Of a stretch of 64,000 nucleotides of DNA, positions 10,033 through 19,800 are shown one piece after another. Below the pieces are notes generated by a model that was not told the DNA's origin, searched no databases, and was given only the letters and a program-made list of their open reading frames with translations. Numbering within the stretch: the first letter of the stretch is position 1; each line of letters starts with the position of its first letter. Made by a program: the position numbers and the translations under genes. The DNA is from an uncultured virus (IMG/VR IMGVR_UViG_3300027974_000033) (taxonomy: Duplodnaviria; Heunggongvirae; Uroviricota; Caudoviricetes), in the IMG/VR virus record IMGVR_UViG_3300027974_000033; one strand, 5' to 3'.

Positions 10033-13000
10033 TCATCCAGTATAAATCGACCTACATCTTACTGAGGTAGATAAACCACTATCCCAGGAATGCCCTACAT
10101 CTAATATAACATATTTACTTGCATATTTACCAGATGGAATAGTATCATCTGACGAGTATATGGAATTAAATGGGTATGATATTTCAACCATATCTCCTAC
10201 TTGAATTAATGGGTTTGGGAAACATTGTATATCTATTGCTGTTTGTTGTCTAGACCATTGATCTTTCATCCATGTAGATAACTCTTTTGCTTCCCGCTCT
10301 TTTTGTATCCAAGTTGAATCAAAACCAATAATTTCAATATCTTTTAATTTTGCAATTTCTGGATCAATGTACTCGAATGGGTCTGTGGCAACAATCTGAT
10401 CTCCTATGACCTGGAAGCTTCTTGTTTGCCCATCTGCTAATGGAACAAACGTTCCTGCATTATTTAATACATATGCCTCTAGCCCAAAAGAATTTGTAGA
10501 TGAACCCAATAAGGTAACAAAAGGATTTAAAGTTATTTGTGCAAATCTAGGTTGTCCAGGCCTTTGTGCATATTTGGCATTTATATACTTTAGCTCTCTT
10601 GCTACTGGGCCAAATTCTTTAAAGAAAGTCGGTGCCGAAACTTTAGATCCTTTAGTTAAAACAAAATCTCCAAAAGATTGAGAGAGATATGATTGTGATC
10701 CCAGCATTCCACTATAAGGGTTATAAGTAGTTGTTGATGCAAACTGAGATTCTGATATAGCATTACTATATAAATAGTCGTAGCTAATAGATCCCTTTTG
10801 TGAAAATAGCCCAACCTTTTCTGTTATTGGAAGAACATAACTAGAACCATTATCTGTAGCTACAATAGTTGTATTGTCAAAATTAATTTTGAATGTTCTT
10901 CTAGATGTGTCATAGTTTACTTTAACATCAAGATTATATAGCTGCCCGCCAGAAACACCAGTCACGGTTGTTGAATCTCCTTTTTGAGAGTCAGTTATAG
11001 CAACCTGATACGGTTTTGCACCCTTCTTAAATCTCCAAAGAGTAATATTTTTATCAGTAAGCTTTCCAGTTGCAGTAGTTTGTTCTGTTTTAATTTCAAT
11101 ATAATAGCCTGTTGCACCATTATCTGAAAGGCAAATAGCAAGTCCACCAATTACTTGATCTGCCCCAGTAAGTCTTCCATATGAATCTTTTGTTAAAGGA
11201 AAATAAAAGCTTGTTCCTACACAAAAATTTTTAGTAGTTGCATCAATAAATTTTGCATTAGTTGTTGCAACAGTATAATTTTTATTTAATGACACAGTTC
11301 CTGGTTGTGATACCGTAAGCATGGATCTTGCAACATTTTTACCAGAACTATCTGATGCTTCTATTGATATTTTAGAATTGTCTATTGTTGGAGTTCCTGT
11401 AGTTTGTGTTGCTTCAGTTAGCATCCGTACTTCAAAATCTGTTTTGTATCCAGCAATATCTATAGTGTGAGCAGATACAGTAGTTCCAAATGCGCCCCTA
11501 GCTTTAATTCTATATTCTCCTGTCGGTTTAAAACTATTTACTTGTCCTAAAGCTTGATATTTTTGAAGGTCTACATCTGATTCAATCCATTGGCTTTGAG
11601 GTGTACCTGCAGTGTCTATATACGAATATCTAATTGCATCGTATTCTATGACCTCATCATTAAGAACAAGAAATCCAGTTTTATTAAGAGCTCTTAAATC
11701 AAGCCCATCCATTGTTGTTATTAGATTAATCCAAAGAGATGATCCCGCTAATGCTGTTGATTCTAAATTTTTTACTAATGCACCAGCTCCAAGAGAATAA
11801 ACTGGGGACTGCCAAAGTAAATCTGAACTAGCATTGTATGATGAGCTCATTTGTGGCCTATAAAGAATTTTAACTCCCTGAACTGAAGGGAGGTCCTCTT
11901 TAGACATAGATATAATATTTGCTTCTTCTTGTGTAATGCCGCTAGATATTAGAGGGTCATATCTAAATGTAAAAGATTTAGTTTTGTTTTTATTATAAAT
12001 CCACTCTCTTGTATAAAATTGAAGTACATTATCTTCATCAAATGTAGCTACCATTTGAGTATCTTTACAAAGATCTTGAATACACTCCCATACTGTTTTT
12101 GTGTCGTCTGTGTACCAGTAGTAAGGAGTTATTGCAGATTTATCTTTACCATCGGGAGACAAATTAAAATTGTAGTTTGTAAATCCTATGCCATCCAATA
12201 ACCTTTTAATAATTGCAGGTGATGGTGCATCTTTAATTAAAATATCTGGTGCTATTATTTTTTGCAGAAGTAGAGCTTGGTCTAATGCTTGAAGATCCAC
12301 TTGACCAAATTCATCCACATTCCAAGAATCAGCATAAAAATATCCTTGCTTTATTTTTTCTATAGTATTATCTGATTTTTTAATATTATAAAATGGCTTA
12401 AATAATACATTGTTGTAAAAATATGATTTTGTTTTATCAAAAGAAAATGTTTTATCGAATGATATCCCAGATCTATCTTCAAAAAATAAATTTGCATTTA
12501 AAGAATTTGCTGTTACATTTCCTACTGGAGTGAGGCCATTGGATGAATCAGATGCTCTTTTTTGAGTACTGAAAGATATTAAGTTATCCGTTAAATCTTT
12601 TACATATCTAGCGGATATTTCAATTACCCCAAGATAAGTATCTGCAACGTTAATTGAATTAATTTCAACTATTATTGAATCTATGTCTACGGGCGCTGCT
12701 GGTGAGGTGCTCCATTCCGTAGTAGACCATGTTGTTCCATTCCAATATAAATTAACAACACCATTTGAATCAACATTTCCATTAGTTAAAATTGTTGTAG
12801 TTGTTGCACCTTTTGTAATTTTTACTGTCCATGTTACTGGCTTTACATAAGTCATATCTGACCATACTTTTGATGTACCATTGTCTGAGACTAGGCTTCG
12901 CATCCCATATGAAGTTTCAAATTTAATGGCTATTTTATTTGCTACCGCATTTTTTTCAGAAGGATACGCAACGGTTAGTTTGCAGTTTGATAAAGAGGTT

Positions 13001-13389
13001 CCGCTTGATTTTGGCGTTACCCAATATTGATATTTATTTTTTGATCCAGCATAGTACATTCTATATGGCTCTTTTATCAAAGTATTGTATGGCAACAAAG
13101 CATTATAAGTAATGCCAGAATTACTTGTATTGTTAGATATAAAATATTTAATTCCAGCAGAAGATGGTCTTTTGGGGCTTATAATACTTGCAAGTGGGAA
13201 TAACTTTAAAAATGGTTTATACTCTACACCAGCTGCATCTTTTAATGTTACTGTTTCCCCACCTAAATTTGTAGCAGTAACTCCAGTTATTAAATCGTTC
13301 ATATTGTACTCTGCCCAAAGACCTGGGGACATTGATATGGTTGAAGACTTTTTAATTTGATCTAATACGTCTGTTGATGCACTTAACAT
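10033..13389 (-). CDS. Large minor tail (tail tip/hub, Tal-like) protein
   Basis: Second gene after the tape measure, with a C-terminal NPLIQVGDMVEI hub-type motif. Probable start at 13389 (TAATG overlap). Confidence 0.75.
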   Translation of the reverse strand: MLSASTDVLDQIKKSSTISMSPGLWAEYNMNDLITGVTATNLGGETVTLKDAAGVEYKPFLKLFPLASIISPKRPSSAGIKYFISNNTSNSGITYNALLPYNTLIKEPYRMYYAGSKNKYQYWVTPKSSGTSLSNCKLTVAYPSEKNAVANKIAIKFETSYGMRSLVSDNGTSKVWSDMTYVKPVTWTVKITKGATTTTILTNGNVDSNGVVNLYWNGTTWSTTEWSTSPAAPVDIDSIIVEINSINVADTYLGVIEISARYVKDLTDNLISFSTQKRASDSSNGLTPVGNVTANSLNANLFFEDRSGISFDKTFSFDKTKSYFYNNVLFKPFYNIKKSDNTIEKIKQGYFYADSWNVDEFGQVDLQALDQALLLQKIIAPDILIKDAPSPAIIKRLLDGIGFTNYNFNLSPDGKDKSAITPYYWYTDDTKTVWECIQDLCKDTQMVATFDEDNVLQFYTREWIYNKNKTKSFTFRYDPLISSGITQEEANIISMSKEDLPSVQGVKILYRPQMSSSYNASSDLLWQSPVYSLGAGALVKNLESTALAGSSLWINLITTMDGLDLRALNKTGFLVLNDEVIEYDAIRYSYIDTAGTPQSQWIESDVDLQKYQALGQVNSFKPTGEYRIKARGAFGTTVSAHTIDIAGYKTDFEVRMLTEATQTTGTPTIDNSKISIEASDSSGKNVARSMLTVSQPGTVSLNKNYTVATTNAKFIDATTKNFCVGTSFYFPLTKDSYGRLTGADQVIGGLAICLSDNGATGYYIEIKTEQTTATGKLTDKNITLWRFKKGAKPYQVAITDSQKGDSTTVTGVSGGQLYNLDVKVNYDTSRRTFKINFDNTTIVATDNGSSYVLPITEKVGLFSQKGSISYDYLYSNAISESQFASTTTYNPYSGMLGSQSYLSQSFGDFVLTKGSKVSAPTFFKEFGPVARELKYINAKYAQRPGQPRFAQITLNPFVTLLGSSTNSFGLEAYVLNNAGTFVPLADGQTRSFQVIGDQIVATDPFEYIDPEIAKLKDIEIIGFDSTWIQKEREAKELSTWMKDQWSRQQTAIDIQCFPNPLIQVGDMVEISYPFNSIYSSDDTIPSGKYASKYVILDVGHSWDSGLSTSVRCRSIYTG

Positions 13390-13850
13390 TATACCTGTTC
13401 CAGTGTTAGACTTACATCCCAAAATTCTTGTGGATCTACTCCGCTTACCATTTTGACATTTCTCTTATTAACAGTAAAGCTGCAGTTTGTTATCATTACA
13501 GAAATTATTTCATCTCTTGCAGAAATTCCGTTATAAGATATTTTTAATTTAAATGCGCCAGTTCCTTTACCTTTATAAAAAGACCTAATCTGCTCTGCAC
13601 CGTAACCGCCATCTACTGTCATTGTATCTGTTGATGGAAGTAAAGTCCATGAAACTTGAACTGATGATTTATCTGCAATAAATATTTTACGCATTGTGCC
13701 ATTAGCCATGCGCTCTGATCTTTCAATTCTATTTGAATCTATTGATACTGGCTGTCTATTATGCTCAGACAACTTGGTCCAGGTGGGAGTAATTGCATTT
13801 GTACCTGTGTCTATAAATAGTAGTGAGCCTACTGGTAAAGTTAGTGCCAT
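13389..13850 (-). CDS. Distal tail (Dit-like) protein
   Basis: Immediately follows the tape measure; RMANGTMR...VSW...WDVSLTLEQV. Confidence 0.7.
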   Translation of the reverse strand: MALTLPVGSLLFIDTGTNAITPTWTKLSEHNRQPVSIDSNRIERSERMANGTMRKIFIADKSSVQVSWTLLPSTDTMTVDGGYGAEQIRSFYKGKGTGAFKLKISYNGISARDEIISVMITNCSFTVNKRNVKMVSGVDPQEFWDVSLTLEQV

Positions 13851-16800
13851 TATGTTCTCTTTACTCCTACCATTTTTTCATTTTGCTTTAGCGTAGCCTG
13901 CAAAAATTCAACTGCAGCAACCTTTGCTTTAGTTATTAATTGAGCTTCATTCATTCCTGGGGAAGCATGGATATGTTGTGTGTAATTAATTATACCTTGT
14001 CCTGCATTTGCATCACGCATTGGCTCAAACATTTTTGCTGCTTGATTAACATCGTATCTTGGAGATGCATATGGAATCTTTGCCATGTTTGGAATAACCA
14101 TTCCGCCAAATGCCATTTCTGGGCCACGATCTCCAACAATTGTAGGAACCTTTGGATCAAGTCTCATTGTTCCATATCCAGCTTTTTTAGTAATAGATAG
14201 TCCAGCTCTTCCGCCATCACCAGAGACTACCCATTTTTTACCATCTTTATCCAAAAACTCTACGCCAACCCAAGTGCTGCTTCTACCAGATGCATCCATC
14301 TTTTGAGTTGCTCCAGCTTTTTGAAGTTCTTGTGGCTGAATAAATGTAGAGCCAGAGTATGCTCCATTTCCTGCTGGTATTGTGGTTGGTACCGTTGAAA
14401 GTTTTGCCATTCCAGTTGTTTTGCCCATATCAATCTTTTTGCCATTAACTATTAAATCACCGTTTAAAGTAATTCCAGATTTTTCTAAAGCAGCTTCAAT
14501 TCCAGGAGCAACTTTATCAAATAATTCTTGTCCTGCTTTTATGCCAAGATTTCCATCTTTGTCTTTACTTAATCCTGTTGTATCAACTTTAGCTGCAGTT
14601 GCTGCTGCAGTTATAGCTGCAAGCATACCTCTATATTCATCTGTTGTTTTCCATTTAGCTAAATCATCTTTATGTTTGGTTATAGCCATTTGATAAGCAG
14701 TAATTGCTTTATTAAATGCATTCATTGGTGTTTCTAGCTTATCAATTTCCTTAGTAAGGTCTCCCATTTTTTCGCCAGCCAAAGCAGCAGCATCTCCCAT
14801 GGCCTGCTGTTTATTACTAATAGCCTCAGCTTGTTTTTTAAGTGGTTCTATATCTGCTTTTGCTTTTGCATCAATAGCTTTAATTTGTTGATCATATTGT
14901 TGCCCTTTAACAAGACCTTCTAAATCTAACCTTGCCTGTTGTGCGCCAGCAGTATTGCCAGTTGCTTCAGCATTTTGCAATTCAAGCTTTTTAGCTTCAA
15001 TTGCTCTTCCAGTATCCTCGGTATTCTTTTTATCTTCAAGGGCTTTTTTTCTAGCATCAGCAAGTTTATTAATTGCATCAATTTGTTTATTAATTGCGGC
15101 AAGTCTATCTCTATCTGAAATTTGAGCTGCTACTGATTGGCCTTTCATGGCCTTTGTATATTTTTCTTGCAAAGCTTTAAGTTTATCTAATGAATCATAT
15201 TGTTTTTTTAGAAGACCAACTCTATTTTGTCCCTCAACATTTGCTGCAACTGCTTCCGCCATCTTATAAAGTGCTGCTGTTTGCTGTGCATTTAATGCAG
15301 AAAGGTCTCCAGTATATCCTCTTGCTTCAAGTCTAGTTTTTTGCCATAGACTTAATACAGTATCTTGAGTAGTTGCAATTTTTCTAATCTCTGGATTTTC
15401 TTTTGCTAGTTCGTCAATTGTTTCTTTTGTTAAAGTTCCCTGTGTTTTAAGCTTTCCATTAATAGCATCAAGAGTTTGAGATTCCGCATCTAATTTCATT
15501 TGATCTAATTCACCAGTACTAATAAATGAAGGTTTTGTTTTATCCTTTTTTCTTGCTTTTAGCATTTCATTATATTTAGTTGATATTGCTGTGTCTGTGC
15601 CCATCAATGCGGTATTTAATGCATTAGCCTGCTCAGTTGCATCTCTATTTGTTGAAGCCGCCTTATCGTATGTTCCAATTGCTCCTACTGCTCCAGTAAC
15701 TGCATCTTTTCTATTTACAAATCGGCTATTGCCAAATGTATATAGTGAGGCAGAGGCTGCTTTATTTGAAAGCTTATACATAGTATAAATTTTTGCTGTG
15801 GCTTGTTCTGCTGACATTCCCATGGCAATAAATTGTTCTTTAAGTCTTACTGCTAAATCTGCCTGATCTTTTCCACTTGTTTTATTAATTAAAGCAATTT
15901 GATCTTTGTATGTAGACTTAACTTCAGTTTTTAATTTTTTGTATTGCTCAATAGTTAATTTAAGTGGGGTGCCAGATGTTGTCATGCTTTCATAAAGCAT
16001 TTTATTATGCTCAATAACAGACTTAGCATCTGTTACTACATCTTTCATTTTGCCATTAAAATCAGTAAATTTAAGTCCAGCTTTTTGTGCAGCTTCTGCA
16101 GTCATGCCGTATCCAAGTGCATTTAATCTCATACTTTCGTTATGAGCTTTCCATACCTTAATTCCAATTGTTATTGCAGTCACTGCACCAAATGCAATCA
16201 AATTAAATCTTGTCATAGCAAGACCAAGCTTTCCAATAATTCCTTGGAATCTTTTTCCGCTAGAAGCCATTTCTGTCATTGCAGTTCCATATTTAGTAAG
16301 TCCACCAGTTTTTCCAGATATTACCCCAACTGGTGTTGTCATAGAGGCTGGCAACTTAGACATTAATCTTCCGCCTTTACCACCTTGTCCTAATGTTGCA
16401 GACTGCATCATCATTGGCAACATAAATCCTAATTGTTGCACTATCATTGATGCTATTGGGTTTGCAATCTTACTTGCAATCATTCCTGCTCCAACCATTG
16501 CTGCAATACTTCCAGCAATTTGTCCGCCAGCGCCATATTTATTTGGAATAATTCCTCCAGCATTTCTAGGAACAAATAACTCTGGGCCTTTTTCTCCAAC
16601 AACATAAGGCTGTCCAGCATTAACTGGTCCGCCCTTTTCTCTTCCTTCTAAACCAAAGATAATCTTTTTTAGAGATTCTGTAAGAGGAGTATCTTTTTTA
16701 GATTCCCAATTTAAATACTTATTTCTTAAAATGTCTTTGTCTATTGGTGATAGTTGTTTTAATACAGACCTATCTCCAATCAAATCTGATGCGGCTGATC

Positions 16801-19800
16801 TTACAACTGAGTCTAGGATGTCTGGTTCTAGTGCATTTTTTAATGAACCTTTTGCATCTTTGACATAACCATAAGGCTTTTCTTTTGCAAGAGCTGCTGC
16901 AAATTTATCGTAGAATAATTTTTGAGTATGCTTTCTTAATCCAGTATTTGCAAATAAAGTATTGGCCATTTCAATAGAAAGTGAATTTACACCCCATGGC
17001 GCTGACTCATACATACTTGGCTTTGGTGCACCTGTTGGTCCAAATCCTGCACCTATTCTATGCATTGCTTTACCCTTTAATACGTTACCAATCATTCCAC
17101 CAATTGCAAATCCATTTGCTGAAGATTTAAATCCAGCATCAGATAGGCTAACAATATGGCCAGACTGTCTTCTTTTTAATTCTTCTGCCGCTGCAATTTT
17201 AGCAAGGGCTGCTGGTGTAAGATTTGTTTCTTTTGATGCAACAACTGCTGAGTGTACGCCATGAAGTTTATTCCAATTAACATCTCTTGCATCTTCTAAT
17301 CTTTGAATCATCTTTGCGTAAATAACTTTTTCTTCTTGATTTAGATCAAAACTTCCAATAGTCTTTTTTAATCTTGGCAAAGTTGTTTCAATTTCTGAAA
17401 GCATTCTTGAGTGATACGCATCCGCTGTCATTCCAGCAGGAATATCCATTGTTGATTCAGCAAAGAATTTCTTTGCTCCGCTTCCCTTTACTCCAAGCAA
17501 ATTAATCATAGCTTGATTGCCAACAGATGGCATCATTGCTGAATAGTCTCTTACGCCAGAAGCAGTTGAAAATACCCCAGCTGTTCCAACATCTGCTAAA
17601 ACATTTCCAGATAAATTACCTCTGCCTAAATCTTTATCCCCACGAAGTGATGAAGCAAGCAGCTGTCTAAAATATTGATCTGTTGTAAATTTGCCATCTT
17701 GGACTGTGAGTGCCTTATCAAATTGTGATTCAAGAACAAGAAGCTTTCTTAATCCCTTTGGATCAGTTGGATCACGCATTACATTAACGCTTTGTTTTGG
17801 AGCCTTTAGCCCATGTGCTTCACGAGCAATTTGTGTTGCTCTCATTTCAGCAAGTGCAGCTTTTTCGTCAAGCATTGGTTTAACAAAAACCTTTTCGCCA
17901 TTTCTTGTATAAACTCCGCCAATTCCAGGAACTGGGAAACTTCTTCCAGATGTAGGCTCTAATAAATCTCCATACTCTGTTACTGGGTGCCTTGCAAATC
18001 TAGAATCTTTTACTGCAAGATCTGCTTTCTCCATTGCTGCTTTCATTGCTCTTTGTTGTTCTACCTGCTTAATTGTTTTAGGTATACCAAGGAACATTGC
18101 TTTTCCTCCGCCAAATAATCTTTGTGCAAATGAACCAGGAATCTCTCCACCCGAATTTGCTGCAATTTCTCTTGTTAGCGGAAGGGCTCTACCTCTTGTA
18201 AGAAGAAGCCTCATCATCTGAGTAATCATATGACCTCTTTGAATTACAGGCATTCTTTTAATAAGGTTTTGTGCATTTCCATATTTAAGCTCTTTTGCTA
18301 GCAAGTCTGCAGTTTCTTTTGCAGCATTTCCAGTCAAAGGTACTCTATCTACAAATTTACCCTGTGTCATTGAGGCTAGCCAATTTGTAAAGCTATTAAC
18401 TTTACTGCTTCCTGCCATTGCCAAATATGCGTTTCCTCTTGTCCTATTACTCTTTAAATTTCCATTTTCTGTAGTAAAGAAATTTCTATCCTGATCTAAA
18501 TGCTCTGAAGCATAATCAAGTTTTCCATTTGATGTAAATGTATTCATTACTCTCTGTAAAGAAACTTGATCTATGTCTGCTCTGGCCATAAGAGCAGCAA
18601 CCAAACTTCTAGATGGCTGAACTCTTGAATTTGCCGAAGGCCTTCCACCAGGTTTTAGTTCTTCTGGTTTATCTTGCCATAATAAATCTTTATATTTTGC
18701 TTTTGAGGTTGAACCATCTTTATTTACTACTGTTCGTCCCATTCCCTGCATATCAATATACTCTTGCATGCGTCTGGACTGCTCTATTCTAAATCTATTA
18801 AAAGCTTTTCTATCTACCTGACCAGTTTTTGGATCTTTAGTTCTTTGCATAGCTTCTTCAAAATCTCTTTTTGCCATAGAGACTGCTTCGTCTTCACTAA
18901 ATCCTAAATGATTTAATACTGCTGCATCGTGTAATATGACTCTATTTTTTAAAGATGCGTCATAGCTAGGATCTGAATTTCTTGTTAGCCAGCCCTTTAA
19001 TCCAGTAAATAAGTTTTCTGAAAGTCCTCCTCCAAGATTTCTTCCAAGGCCAGATGTATTTCCAGGCCCACCATTTAATGCATGCATTAGTGGCATATTG
19101 TCTTGTGCAATATCTGCTGGAACGACTGCTTCGCCAGGTGTTAGAACTACTGGTACTTGACCTCCATCTGCAAATGTTGGGGTTCCGCCAAGAAGATTGC
19201 TTATGATTGGCATATTTTCTTGTGTTGATTTTTTATTAATTACAAATGATCCAGCCTCAGCTGTTGTATGGTATGTATCGCTATTTCCTGTTCCAGGGAC
19301 TATTCCTCCATCTGCAAACTTAGGTTTTGTTGTTTGAATATTATATCCTGCGCCTGATGTTCTAACTCCACCAAGTGCTCTTGCAATCTTATCAACAATA
19401 TCTTTTGTTGTTCCTTTATGGAACATTTCCTTCATGTTTGATTTTCCAGTTAAAGGGTCTACCACTGGTTGTGCTGTCAATGGGACTGTAGTTAGATTTG
19501 CAACTCTTCCCATGCCAGCTGCAGTCGCTGCTGCAGTTTCGGCAAGCATTGCTTCTACGGTTGCATTCATTGAAATAACTTTTGCTCTTGCCTGATCTAC
19601 CGTTATTTTGCTTGCTTGAAGTTCTGCAACAATTGCTTGTGTTTCAGCTGCTGCAAGTTGAGTAATCTCAGAAAATTGTGGAAGGAGTGCTTGATATGAT
19701 TCTGCCAAACTAGATGTAATTGTTCCAGTAGCCATGACTTCTGCTTTTAATGTTTTAATTTCTGCTTCTGACTGCATCGCTATTGCTGCTGTCATTGCAT

